Shown piece by piece: positions 20,751-32,019 of a stretch of 64,000 nt of DNA. Origin of the DNA: an uncultured Methylomirabilota bacterium (GTDB lineage Bacteria; Methylomirabilota; Methylomirabilia; Methylomirabilales; 2-02-FULL-66-22); the NCBI GenBank assembly GCA_963845565.1, contig CAWJSJ010000001.1:864001-928000 (forward strand). Direction: 5' to 3'. Both the position numbers and the translations under genes were made by a program. Below the pieces are notes generated by a model. It saw only the letters and a program-made list of their open reading frames with translations, was not told where the DNA came from and searched no databases. Position 1 is the stretch's first letter; each line of letters opens with the position of its first letter.

Positions 20751-22784
20751 CTATTCCCGTATCGGGCTAAATGCTCGCAAGAGAATCACCACACGCGTCC
20801 CGGCCTGACTTTCACTCTCCACGCGCATCCGGCCTCCGTGCTCGAGTACGATATCGCGGCAGATCTTCAAGCCGATTCCCATACCGCGCTTGGTTGTCCT
20901 GGTGGTGAAGAAGGGGTCGAAGACCCGCGCGACCTCCCCGGACGGGATGCCCGGCCCGTCGTCCTCAACGGTCACTTCGATCCACGGCGCCGCCGACGGC
21001 TCGCCCTCGGGCAGCACCCGACGCGTTGCGATCCGCACTCGTCCCCCGTCCGCCATGGCTTCGCGGGCGTTCGTGACCAACTCGAGCATCACCTGCTCCC
21101 AAGCGGGCCGGTCCAGGTCGACCATGGGAAGCGCCGCCTCCAAATCCGTAACCACGCTCAGGCGCCGGCACAGGGGGTGGTACTGCAGGAGCACCAATAT
21201 CCGGCGCATCGCCTCGTTCAAATCGGTCGGCTGCCGCTCCCCGGGCTGGACCCGGGCGTATTCCAACAAAGCCTCGATGCTCCCGGCGATTCGCCGCACG
21301 CTGGTCTCGATGGAGCCCAGCGCCTCTTCCAGCTCGACCGGGGTCTCGCTTTTGCGTAGCCGGAGAAGCTGCAGGTGATTGCTGATAATGCACAGCGGAT
21401 TGTTGATATCGTGCGCCACGCCCCCGGCCAGAAGACCGACCGATGCGAGATGTGCGGACTGGACCAAGCGCGCGAGCGCCTGCTGTTGTTGCTCCATCCG
21501 CCCTTGAACGTCCGCGAAGAGGCGCGCATTCTCGACGGCGCTCGCCCCCTGCGCCGCCAGACCTGTCAGCAGTGCGATCTCCTCGACGCTGAATTCGCGT
21601 TCCGTGTCGGTCATGATACCGAGCACGCCGAGCACCTGATCGCGGGCCACCAGCGGGACCCCCACAAAGGATGCTGCCCGGTTCCCGCGCATCAGCGGGC
21701 AGTCCGCCGCACGTGCGTCCGTCGCCACCTGAAAGATTGCCAGGGGCGCCCGCTGCCGGACCACCAGCCCAAGAGGACAGGCGTGCGCGGTGCTGCAGGC
21801 CGGTTCGGCACATGCGCCGTCCGGGAGCCCCGCACCATGCGCCATCGCGAATTGCCCGCTCCCTCCCAGCAACGAGATGGCCACCGTGGCCACCCCAAGA
21901 TGGCGACAGGTCGCGTCCACCAGGATGCGCAGCGCCGTGTCCTGCTCCAGTGTGGCGCTCACCGCGCTTGCAGTCTCGACCAGCAGTCCCAGGTCCGCGA
22001 GGCGTCGTGCCGCGGCCGCCTCGGCGGCCAGGCGACCCGTCTCGTGTTGGCGGCGGATGTCCTCGGCCAGCCACAGGTTGTCGATGCACTCCGCAGCCTG
22101 CCGGGCCACCACTGCCGCCAGCGTCAGGTGCTGCTGTTCCACGGCGCCTGCGGTGAGCGGCGTGCCGACCATCAGCATGCCCACGGTCCGTCGGGCGGTG
22201 GCCAGCGGAACCAGGATCAGGTGGGTCCCAAGGTGCGTCGCGGCGACGGTCGTCGGCCGCCGCAGTCCGACGGCCCAGCCAAACATGCCCGACGCCACCT
22301 GGGCAGCGAGTTCCTGCGCAGCAAGCGTCGAGATGACCGCCGGGTCGACCTTGACCGGACGAAACTCCTGGCCGGTGGAATCCACCAGTGCCAGCAGCAG
22401 GTTCTCCAATGGCAGGATCCCGCGCACCTCCTCGAACAACAGATCCGCGACCTCTCCAGCGCTGATGCTGCGATCGAGCCCCTCCGAGAAGCTCGAAAGC
22501 CGCGTGATCCGATCTATGGATTCCTGGATCGCCCGGTTCGCCTCCTCCAGGACGGAAACGCGTTGTCGAGCCGCGCGCAACTCCTCCGCGAACGCCGGTG
22601 ACAACATCGAGCCCACCTCCGGGGCGCGCAGCGCGCTTGAGGGAGCGCCCCCTCTCCGGCGGCCGCCTCGCTCGGGACCGGGCGGTGGCTGTCCGCCCGG
22701 CTGCCGATCGCAACCGACATCGGAGCGAGGTGGGCGCGACCCACCCTCGTCCCCGCTGACGTACGAACCGTGGACCTCAGGCAT
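20751..22784 (-). CDS. Cytoplasmic GAF-GAF sensor histidine kinase
   Basis: Two GAF-like regions, [37 protein letters not shown]; start may be about 22607. Confidence 0.88.
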   Translation of the reverse strand: MPEVHGSYVSGDEGGSRPPRSDVGCDRQPGGQPPPGPERGGRRRGGAPSSALRAPEVGSMLSPAFAEELRAARQRVSVLEEANRAIQESIDRITRLSSFSEGLDRSISAGEVADLLFEEVRGILPLENLLLALVDSTGQEFRPVKVDPAVISTLAAQELAAQVASGMFGWAVGLRRPTTVAATHLGTHLILVPLATARRTVGMLMVGTPLTAGAVEQQHLTLAAVVARQAAECIDNLWLAEDIRRQHETGRLAAEAAAARRLADLGLLVETASAVSATLEQDTALRILVDATCRHLGVATVAISLLGGSGQFAMAHGAGLPDGACAEPACSTAHACPLGLVVRQRAPLAIFQVATDARAADCPLMRGNRAASFVGVPLVARDQVLGVLGIMTDTEREFSVEEIALLTGLAAQGASAVENARLFADVQGRMEQQQQALARLVQSAHLASVGLLAGGVAHDINNPLCIISNHLQLLRLRKSETPVELEEALGSIETSVRRIAGSIEALLEYARVQPGERQPTDLNEAMRRILVLLQYHPLCRRLSVVTDLEAALPMVDLDRPAWEQVMLELVTNAREAMADGGRVRIATRRVLPEGEPSAAPWIEVTVEDDGPGIPSGEVARVFDPFFTTRTTKRGMGIGLKICRDIVLEHGGRMRVESESQAGTRVVILLRAFSPIRE

Positions 22785-23667
22785 GGATCGCGCTCTCGGC
22801 GCGTCGGGGTCGGTTGTCCAAAGAACTCAATAGGATCGCCCGCGCGTCCGCGTACTGCTCCTCGAGTTCGATCATGAGCGGTTCAAGAATCGTGGTCTGC
22901 AGGCCCAGTCGCCGCCAGGTTTCCGGTTCGAGCATGGGGACGGCGTCGTCACCGCCCGATCCGAGTCCCAGGGCCCGCGTCAATGCCTCCGCCACGTGCA
23001 CCAGGGCGGCCTCGCGCTTCCCAACTTGCGCCAGGTCCGGCCGGTGATGGCAGCCGATCGCCTCGCTCAGCCGGACGGGAAGCTTCCACCGCTCCGCCAA
23101 GAGCCGCCCCACCTGGTCGTGGGTGAACCCTAACAACCGCTGCTCGGCGGTCCGGATGGGGATGTCCTCCCGGCGGGACGTCTCCAGGACCGCGAGGAAC
23201 TCCTTGGTGAGAAAGTGAAACAGCACCAACTTCCCCACATCGTGAAGCAGGCCGGCCACGAACACCTCTTCCCGATCCTCATGGCGTGTGTAGCGGGCGA
23301 GCAAACCGGCCCCCACCGCAGCCCCCACCGAATGCTCCCACAAACCGGTGGGGGAGAAGTCCGGCGTCTCCTCGCCGACCAGCAGATCCACGACCGACGC
23401 CGTGAGCAGCAGACTCCGCACCGGGGCAAACCCGAGAATGGTGACTGCCTCGGTCACGGTGGCGATCCGGCGCGGAAACCCGTAAAAAGGGGAGTTGACC
23501 AGGCGCAGAAGTCGCGCGGTCAACGACTGGTCCTCCAGGATCGTCCGCGCCAGGTCAAGCGCCGAGGTTTTCGGGTTGCCCACCTGCTCGTTGACCCGCA
23601 CGATGACCGACGGAAGCGTGGGGAGCGAACCGATCTGCTGGACGAGATGATCCAGTTTCATCGCCAT
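22777..23667 (-). CDS. HDOD domain protein
   Basis: LPTLPSV, DQSLTARLLRLVNSPFYG, LWEHSV, GLLHDVGK, LAERWKLP, HHRP. Confidence 0.93.
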   Translation of the reverse strand: MAMKLDHLVQQIGSLPTLPSVIVRVNEQVGNPKTSALDLARTILEDQSLTARLLRLVNSPFYGFPRRIATVTEAVTILGFAPVRSLLLTASVVDLLVGEETPDFSPTGLWEHSVGAAVGAGLLARYTRHEDREEVFVAGLLHDVGKLVLFHFLTKEFLAVLETSRREDIPIRTAEQRLLGFTHDQVGRLLAERWKLPVRLSEAIGCHHRPDLAQVGKREAALVHVAEALTRALGLGSGGDDAVPMLEPETWRRLGLQTTILEPLMIELEEQYADARAILLSSLDNRPRRAESAIHA

Positions 23668-23676
23668 CGGACCCCC

Positions 23677-24048
23677 CTATCGCGCCGGCGCAACGGGAGA
23701 CGCGGTGCGTTGCGCCACCAGCCGGGCCGTGAGCCTGCGCGCCGTGATCACCTTCAACTCAGCCATGACCGGATCCTTGGCCGTATCCACGCGGCGAAAC
23801 CGTCTCGCGATCTGCCGCTCGACGGCGGCCAGGATTTCCGGCGGTGGGCTCGCCTGCCCGCCCCCCACAGGATCGGAACCGTCCTCCCGGACCACCTCCG
23901 CCTCGCGCACCCCCCAGGTCTTGAAGATCTCCAGATGCTTGGCCGTCAGAATCTCACCCTCCCGTAGGAGCAGGACGCCGTTGAGATTGCGGACGGGCTT
24001 GCACAGCTTCATGCCTGCCGTCAGTGCTTCAAGCTGCATACGCGCCAT
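23677..24048 (-). CDS. Small protein resembling the N-terminal module of HD-GYP proteins; HDOD partner
   Basis: LTAGMKLCKPVRNLNGVLLLREGEILTAKHLEIFKTWGV. Confidence 0.7.
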   Translation of the reverse strand: MARMQLEALTAGMKLCKPVRNLNGVLLLREGEILTAKHLEIFKTWGVREAEVVREDGSDPVGGGQASPPPEILAAVERQIARRFRRVDTAKDPVMAELKVITARRLTARLVAQRTASPVAPAR

Positions 24049-24118
24049 GGATGGTATCCTTCCTTTCCGTACTCGCCGCGCCCCGCCACTACCCACGTAC
24101 CCCGTCTCGTCACTCCTT

Positions 24119-24145
24119 CTATCGGCAGAATGCGCGGCCGGCTGA
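24119..24145 (-). promoter_or_regulatory. sigma28-type promoter heading the HDOD/kinase/motAB run
   Basis: TCAG-N15-GCCGATAG. Confidence 0.6.
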
Positions 24146-24183
24146 ACCAGGTGGCGCCGCTCGGCCCGTCCCCGGGCAGGACG

Positions 24184-25293
<1,110 letters not shown>

Positions 25294-25860
25294 TCAGTCG
25301 TCGAACAGGGTGATCTCCCCGCCATGCTGCAGGGCGGTGTGTGCGTCTCGCTGGTGCTGTCGCTCGGTCGCGGTGGCGGTCTGGAAGAGGCCACTCCCCG
25401 GCAAGCGCCGCACGAAGGCCTTACCGCTATCGGTATGGAAGATCACTTGGCGGGCCAGCGTGCCCCCCAGATCCTCGGCCGCCACGGGGATGCGCTCCGA
25501 CGCCATGAACCCTTTGATGAACCGGATGTTCTGGGCAGGCACACTGGCAGCCGTCTCGGCCATCTGCAGCACGTGGCCTCCACCGAACATTTTCGCCTGC
25601 AGCCGGCGCCGGTCTCCCCCGAGTTTCTGGACTTGCCCGATCAGGAGCTCCATGGCATGCACCCCGAACCGGGAGAGCATTCCGGCGTCGCCGCCGTTCG
25701 TCGGCGCGGGCAGCATGAAATGATTCATGCCGCCGACCCCCGCCTCGAGGTCCCAGACGCAGGCCGCGATGCAGGAGCCGAGCAACGTCTTGACCACCGC
25801 CCCTTCTCGACTGGCATACACACCGCCGATTTGGATAACCACGCTGTGTTGATCGCTCAC
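25294..25860 (-). CDS. cheD: Chemoreceptor deamidase CheD
   Basis: TLLGSCIAAC, GGMNHFMLP, AKMFGG, EDLGG. Confidence 0.95.
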   Translation of the reverse strand: MSDQHSVVIQIGGVYASREGAVVKTLLGSCIAACVWDLEAGVGGMNHFMLPAPTNGGDAGMLSRFGVHAMELLIGQVQKLGGDRRRLQAKMFGGGHVLQMAETAASVPAQNIRFIKGFMASERIPVAAEDLGGTLARQVIFHTDSGKAFVRRLPGSGLFQTATATERQHQRDAHTALQHGGEITLFDD

Positions 25861-26768
25861 GCGCCCTCTCCCGCTGCCTGCCGTTGCACCGCATGCTCTC
25901 CTGCGATCTTGCGATACACCGTGTTGCGCAAGAAACTGAACCGATCGCAGATCCCATGAAGGGATTCCGAGTGTCCCAGAAACAGATATCCGTCATCCCG
26001 CACGAAATCCGCGAACCGATACATCAGCCGACTCTGTGTTGGCTTGTCGAAATAGATGATCACGTTCCGGCAGAAGACGCAGTCGAAGGTCGTACGGATG
26101 GGCCACGGCTCTTCCAGCAGGTTGATCCGCCGGAAGGTTACCAGCGGATGGATCGCGCGTCCCACCTTGACCTGGCCCGCCTGCACGCCCGAGCCCTTCA
26201 GAAAATACCGGTGGAGGAGGGGGAGGGGAATCTCCGCCGCACGCTCCGCCGAGTAGACGCCGGCGCTTCCCTGCGCCAGCACGTTGGTATCGATGTCGGA
26301 CGCCAGAATCCGCACATCCCAGGTGAGCAGGCTGCCTAGGGCCTCGCACAGGGTGAGCGCAATGGTGTACGCCTCCTCGCCCGTCGAGCAGCCGGCACTC
26401 CAGATCCGGACCCGCCGTTCGCCGGTCTGGAGGGCGCGCCGCTTCAGGGCGGGCACCACCTCCCGAGTGAGGAACTCGAAATGCGCCCGCTCCCGGAAGA
26501 ACTCCGTCTTGTTGGTGGTAATGGCGTTCACGAAGTTTTCGAGTTCGCCGCTCCCGGCGCCGCCGGTGACATGTTCGTAGTACTGGCGGAAGGTGGCGAA
26601 CCCCAGTATGCGGAGCCGCTTTCCCAGGCGCGCCACCACCAGGCTTCGCTTGTGGTCGGACAGGGCAATGCCTGTCCGGTCCTTCACCAAGCCCTGAATC
26701 GAGTGGAACTCCTGATCCGAGATCGAGAACTCCGCCTCCTCTGTCGCCACGCGGATCGCCGTCATCAT
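25857..26768 (-). CDS. cheR: Chemotaxis methyltransferase CheR
   Basis: ITTNKTEFFRE, IWSAGCSTGEEAY, FCRNVIIYFD, LGHSES. Confidence 0.97.
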   Translation of the reverse strand: MMTAIRVATEEAEFSISDQEFHSIQGLVKDRTGIALSDHKRSLVVARLGKRLRILGFATFRQYYEHVTGGAGSGELENFVNAITTNKTEFFRERAHFEFLTREVVPALKRRALQTGERRVRIWSAGCSTGEEAYTIALTLCEALGSLLTWDVRILASDIDTNVLAQGSAGVYSAERAAEIPLPLLHRYFLKGSGVQAGQVKVGRAIHPLVTFRRINLLEEPWPIRTTFDCVFCRNVIIYFDKPTQSRLMYRFADFVRDDGYLFLGHSESLHGICDRFSFLRNTVYRKIAGEHAVQRQAAGEGA

Positions 26769-26859
26769 GAGGGTCTCCACCTGTTCCTGCGGCTCCGTTC
26801 GGGCCGTGCGGGGCCCCGTCGTACACCGAAACACCTAGCCCGACACGCCGTGCGACGGT

Positions 26860-28634
26860 CTAGAACTCCTCGAACTGCCCGGCCATGTCGTCCGTCCCCG
26901 TGGCCACACGGCTGGGCGACTGCACGGCTGGGCCGCTAGGCTGCCGGGCTGCCAAGCCACTTAGCTGGCGCGCGGCCTGGCCGCCGCGCAGCTTGGCCTT
27001 CAGCGGGATGACCTTCCCGCCCGATCCCAGGCTGACCGCCGAGGGCTGATCGCAGATCGCTGCTCCGGCGAGCTTGAACTGCGCCACCTGCGCTGACAAC
27101 TCCTCCGCCTGCGCCGCCAGGGTCTGGGCCGTGGAGCTGAGTTCTTCGGTCTGGGCGGCGTTCTGCTGGGTCACACTGTCCATCTGGCTTACGGCCTTGT
27201 TCACCTGTTCAATCCCCTGGGATTGCTCCTGAGAGGCGGCCGCGATCTCCGCGATGAGGTCCGCCACCTTCTTCACTTGCGTCATGATGTCGGTGAGCGT
27301 CGTGCCCGCCTTGAGGACCAACCGCGACCCGCCCTCAACCTTGGTGACCGAATCGGTGATCAGGTTCTTGATCTCCTTCGACGCCCCGGCGCTTCGCTGC
27401 GCGAGGGCCCGGACTTCGGCGGCCACCACGGCGAACCCTCTCCCCTGCTCCCCGGCCCGGGCGGCCTCTACGGCGGCGTTCAGGGCCAGCAGGTTGGTCT
27501 GGAACGCAATCTCGTCGATGGTGGTGATGATCGCCGCGATCTGTTTGGAGGACGCCGTGATGGCATCCATCGCCCCAACCGCTTCGTTCACCACTGTCCC
27601 GCCCTGCTCGGCCGAATCGCGCGCGCTGACGGCCATCTGGTTTGCCTGCCGCGCGTTATCCGCGTTCTGCTTGACCGTGGAGGTCATCTCTTCCAGGGCG
27701 GCGGCGGTCTCCTCCAGGGAAGAGGCTTGCTCCTGGGCACCCGAGGAGAGCTGTCCGCTCCCGGCGGCGAGTTGCTGGGCGGCCGACGCCGTCTGCTGCG
27801 CCGCCTCTTGAACCTGGCTGATGGTCGAGGCGAACTGTTCCATCATTCGGTTCAGCGCCTGCCCCATCTGTCCTAATTCGTCCTGACTGTCGAGTTCCAC
27901 CCGGACCGTGAGATCCCCGCCGGCGCCTTGCTCCGCCTTCTCCACCACGTGTGTGAGCGCGCGCACGATGACTCGCGACAGCCCAAGACCCAGAAACACG
28001 CCCCCCACCGTCAAGCCGATCAGCAGGAGAGCGGTCAGCCAGGTGGTGCGGGTCGCCGACGTCTGGATCTGATCCGCAAACGCGTCCGCCCCCTTCAGGC
28101 GGAGGTCCGTCAGCGTGTTCAGCACGCCCCGGGCCTTCTCGAACTTCGCTGGTCCCCTCGCTCAGCGAGATGTCGATGGCGTCCTTCCGCGCCTCGGAGG
28201 AGTCCTTGCCCAGCAGCGCCGACCACTTCGATCGTGAGCTTTTCCCAGTCGACGAACGCGGCGTCGAACTCGCCCCACAGCTTCTTCTCAACGTCGGAGG
28301 CGGCAATGGCTTTATACTTGCCCCATCGCTCCTTCGCCTGCTGGATGTTCTCCGTGTGGTCCTTGCGCATGGCGACTGCCTCATCCGACGCTTGCCGCAG
28401 GAACATGAGGCTTCGCTCCGCGACCAGGGCCTGCTGCATGTCCCGGTCGGCTTCCACGAGGAAATCTACCGCCGGAAGATTCTCCCGGCTGGCCACCTGG
28501 AACGCCGAGGCCGCCCACCGAAAATTGGAGAGATTCCAGAATCCTGCCACCCCGGCAAGGACGACGATGACGATGAACGCCACCGTGATCTTTGTTCGGA
28601 TCTTCAGATCCCTCACCATGCGCATTGGTATCAC
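26860..28634 (-). pseudogene. Methyl-accepting chemotaxis protein (4HB-TM-HAMP-MA, FEEF tail) broken by two +1 insertions (pseudogene or sequencing error)
   Basis: Removing one base near 28220 and one at 28150 gives continuous ...[47 protein letters not shown]..., joining ORFs 28119-28634 and 26860-28125. Confidence 0.85.
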
Positions 28635-28709
28635 CAGCCTTTCTGGATAATCCGAGGGTCGCCGCCGGCCGGCCGGCTCGGCCGACTGGCGGCGCCTCGA
28701 TGAGTGTGT

Positions 28710-29279
28710 CTACTTCGCCGCCTTTTCCAGTTTCGTCAGGTTGATCCCGACCACCAGGACCCCAATCGACTTCCCGCCGGACACCACCGGGACGCCTACC
28801 TGGATTTGATGGGTCTGGCTGCTCTCGTCGAACTCCGGGGCCCCCTGCCAGGCTTTTCCGCCGAAGGGCACGTCGAACTTCGGCGCGCCCTTGTGGATGT
28901 AGCTGGTGGTCTTCTCGATGAACGCCACCTTCTCCCCCTGGGCGGCACTCAGGAAAGCCTCGGGGTACGCATCCTTCGCCTCATCGGCCTTGGCCTTCAG
29001 GAACTTGCCGGCCTCGCAGGTCTGAAATCCCTTCACGAGGTCGTCACTCCGCCGGACCGCCTTCCACTTGGCATTGTCCATCCCGGCGATGGGGCCCTTG
29101 CCGTTCTGCGCTTCCACCGCCTTGACGATCGCCGGGTTCGCCGCCCAGCCCTTCAGGACCTCCACATGCTTGTCGATCTCTTTCTGGATAGCCGGGGTGA
29201 CCTCGAACGCGGCCCAGGCCATCGCCACCAGCGCCACCACCGCCCCAAACCCGAGCACTCCCACGATCCGCCGCATCAC
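28710..29279 (-). CDS. Secreted stand-alone PDC/Cache-like protein
   Basis: Signal peptide (AMAWA); WAANPAIVKAV, EAFLSAAQG, TTSYIHKG, PEFDESS, QVGVPVVSGGKSIGVLVVGI. Confidence 0.7.
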   Translation of the reverse strand: MMRRIVGVLGFGAVVALVAMAWAAFEVTPAIQKEIDKHVEVLKGWAANPAIVKAVEAQNGKGPIAGMDNAKWKAVRRSDDLVKGFQTCEAGKFLKAKADEAKDAYPEAFLSAAQGEKVAFIEKTTSYIHKGAPKFDVPFGGKAWQGAPEFDESSQTHQIQVGVPVVSGGKSIGVLVVGINLTKLEKAAK

Positions 29280-29378
29280 ATCCTCCTCTGGTGGTGTGTT
29301 CCACCGTGTGTTCGACCGGCCCCGGCGCAGCTCTCTCGCAATCCGGATCGAGCCCTGCGCCTCGCATTGCGATCCGGC

Positions 29379-29885
29379 CTAGTTATTGAGCGCAGCCGAT
29401 CCACTCGCCTGGACCACCGTGGCTGCCTCGGCGGCCCCTAACACCTTGTCGATGTCCAGCAGGATGACCAACTTCTCCCCCGATTCCCCCGTCGCGGCCA
29501 GTCCGGTCAAGAGCGAGGTGTCCAATTGTCCGTGCAGATCCGGGGTGGGCTGGATGGCGTCGCTGGTGACCGTGAGGACGTCACTGACCGCATCCACCAC
29601 AAAGCCGAGCGTCTTTCCCTGGACCTGGACGACCACGATGACCGTGAATTGGGTATAGTCAACCTCCGGAAGACTGAACTTCTTCCGGAGATCCACGATG
29701 GGGACGATGGTTCCCCGGAGATTCAGGACACCCTTGACGTAGGTGGGGGCGTTGGGGAGCGGGGTGACGGCGGCGTATCCCTTGATCTCCTGGATCTTCA
29801 GGATCTCGACCCCGTACTCTTCCTTCCCCAAGGCAAAGGTGAGGAACTGATGGGTGGATTCACTCGCGGTCCGCTGCTGCTCCAT
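29379..29885 (-). CDS. cheW: Chemotaxis coupling protein CheW
   Basis: QFLTFALGKEEYGVEILKIQEI, GVLNLRGTIVPIVDLR. Confidence 0.97.
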   Translation of the reverse strand: MEQQRTASESTHQFLTFALGKEEYGVEILKIQEIKGYAAVTPLPNAPTYVKGVLNLRGTIVPIVDLRKKFSLPEVDYTQFTVIVVVQVQGKTLGFVVDAVSDVLTVTSDAIQPTPDLHGQLDTSLLTGLAATGESGEKLVILLDIDKVLGAAEAATVVQASGSAALNN

Positions 29886-29968
29886 GATGTCTGCTCCTCT
29901 TGATGAATTGTAGGCACTTTGGGGCGGCCCGGCGGCCGCGCTGTGTCGCTGTCTGGTTGCCCCGGCGT

Positions 29969-31684
29969 CTAGAACTCCTCGAAGTGTCCTGTGCGATCAT
30001 TCGTCCCCGTCGCGGTGGCTACTGCGGCGGCCCGACCGGCACGGGGCTTCCCCTTCAGCGGGATCACCTTCCCATGCCGATCGTCGCGGCTCGCGGCGCG
30101 TGGCTCACGGCTCGCGGGCTGTGGCTCGTGGGTTGCCGTCAGCTTAAACTGCGCCACCTGCGCCGAGAGCTCCTCCGCCTGGGCGGCCAGGCTCTGGGCG
30201 GTGGAGGAGAGTTCCTCCGTTTGGGCGGCGTTCTGCTGGGTGACGGAATCCATCTGGGTGACGGCCTTGTTGACCTGTTCGATCCCCTGGGCCTGCTCGG
30301 TAGAGGCGGCGGTGATCTCGGCGATCAGGTCGGCCACCTTCTTGACGCCGCTCACGATCTCGGTGAGGGTGCTGCCCGCCTGGTTGACGAGTCTGGCGCC
30401 GTCCTCGACCTTGCTCACGCTGTCGGTGATCAAGGCTTTGATCTCCTTGGACGCGCCGGCACTCCGTTGGGCCAGGGCCCGAACCTCACTGGCCACCACA
30501 GCGAAGCCGCGGCCTTGCTCCCCGGCCCGGGCAGCTTCCACGGCGGCATTTAAGGCCAGCAGGTTGGTCTGGAAGGCGATCTCGTCGATGGTGGTGATGA
30601 TGGCGGCGATCTGCTTGGACGAGGCGGTGATGGCGGCCATGGCGCCGACCGCTTGGGTGACTACGGTCCCGCCCTGCTCGGCGGCGCTACGGGCCCCCGT
30701 CGCCATCTGGTTCGCCTGGCGGGCGTTGTCGGCGTTCTGCTTGACGGTGGCCGTCATCTCTTCCAGGGAGGCGGCGGTCTCTTCCAGGGAGCTAGCCTGT
30801 TCCTGGGCCCCGCTGCTGAGCTGCTCGGACCCGGCGGCCAATTGCTGGGCGGCGGAGGCGGTCTGTTGGGAGGCCTGGCCCACCTCTCGCATGCTGGTCT
30901 CAAACTTCTCCAGCATGCCGTTGAGAGCCGTGCCCATCTGGCCGAGCTCGTCCTGGGTGTCGAGGGCGACCCGGACGGTGAGGTCGCCGGTGGCGGCCTG
31001 GTCCACCGTCTCCACGACGTGGGCGAGGGCCTTCGCGATGAGGGACGCGATAAAGTAGCCAAGCGCGATGGCGAGGAGGATGCCCAGCCCGATGATACCC
31101 AGCATCATCAGGCGGGCGCTTGTTTCCGCACTCTTGGTCTCTTGGTAAGCCTGTTGGCCGCTCTTCCTGAAGAGGTCCATGGCCTCCTTCACGGCGGTCA
31201 TGGCGGTCCGGACGTCTTCGGCCCCCTTACCGATGGCATAGGCGAGCGCTTCGGCCTTCTTTCCCTCGGTGCTCAGTGGGAGCACTTGCTGGGTCAGCAT
31301 CTGCATGTAGGCACCGAAGGCGGCCTTGAACTTCACCATGGCCTCGCGCTCGGCCTTGCCGAGCTCGACCTTCTCGATCTTGGCCACCTCCGCTTCGACG
31401 GCGGCCTCCGCCCCCTTGATGGCCGCCGCCTGCTTGGCCATCGCCTCCTTGTCTGGCAGCTGCATGTGGTACAGGGCGGACGCCCGGATGACCATGAACT
31501 GCTGTCGCGCCTCACCAAAATACTCGAGGGGGAGGAAGTTGTCGGCGAAGATCTCGTGCGCGTGGTTCGACATCATCGCCATGCTCCGCAGTCCGACCGC
31601 CCCGACCCCGGCCAGTAGCAGGGAGAGTAGGCCGAACCCCAGAAGAAGCTTTGTCATCGTTTTTTGATTCTTGAACCAGCGCAT
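29969..31684 (-). CDS. Methyl-accepting chemotaxis protein (4HB sensor, FEEF pentapeptide)
   Basis: Two TMs, HAMP (GDLTVRV..DELGQM), [30 protein letters not shown], ends GHFEEF. Confidence 0.95.
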   Translation of the reverse strand: MRWFKNQKTMTKLLLGFGLLSLLLAGVGAVGLRSMAMMSNHAHEIFADNFLPLEYFGEARQQFMVIRASALYHMQLPDKEAMAKQAAAIKGAEAAVEAEVAKIEKVELGKAEREAMVKFKAAFGAYMQMLTQQVLPLSTEGKKAEALAYAIGKGAEDVRTAMTAVKEAMDLFRKSGQQAYQETKSAETSARLMMLGIIGLGILLAIALGYFIASLIAKALAHVVETVDQAATGDLTVRVALDTQDELGQMGTALNGMLEKFETSMREVGQASQQTASAAQQLAAGSEQLSSGAQEQASSLEETAASLEEMTATVKQNADNARQANQMATGARSAAEQGGTVVTQAVGAMAAITASSKQIAAIITTIDEIAFQTNLLALNAAVEAARAGEQGRGFAVVASEVRALAQRSAGASKEIKALITDSVSKVEDGARLVNQAGSTLTEIVSGVKKVADLIAEITAASTEQAQGIEQVNKAVTQMDSVTQQNAAQTEELSSTAQSLAAQAEELSAQVAQFKLTATHEPQPASREPRAASRDDRHGKVIPLKGKPRAGRAAAVATATGTNDRTGHFEEF

Positions 31685-31767
31685 GCTGCTCTCCTTTGTG
31701 GATTTATCGTCGCCAAACGTTCCCTCTCGGATCGGTCCCTCACACTTCCCACTCATGGTCCCGTCCG

Positions 31768-31908
31768 TTACCCGGCGTCCGGCAGCGTGCCCACGATCTC
31801 CGAGATCTTCAGGTCCACCCGGCACGCCACCTGCCCAAGCATGAAGGTGAGGAACTGCCGAATCGTGCCGGGTGCATATCTTGCGCTCGCGGTCGCGTGT
31901 GCCTCTAT
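31768..31908 (-). pseudogene. cheW 5' relic
   Basis: IEAHATAS...[23 protein letters not shown] vs CheW MEQQRTAS...QFLTFALGKEEYGVEILKIQEIKG; ATA at the position of the CheW ATG. Confidence 0.7.
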
Positions 31909-32019
31909 CCTCCCTACTTCTTGTCGAAAACTGTTCACGCCGTGCCGCGGAGCCATATCACGATCGAAGAAACCCGTGCCTCCGTGCGTCCGCCCCGAAG
32001 TCTGGCCCGTCTGTGCCGG

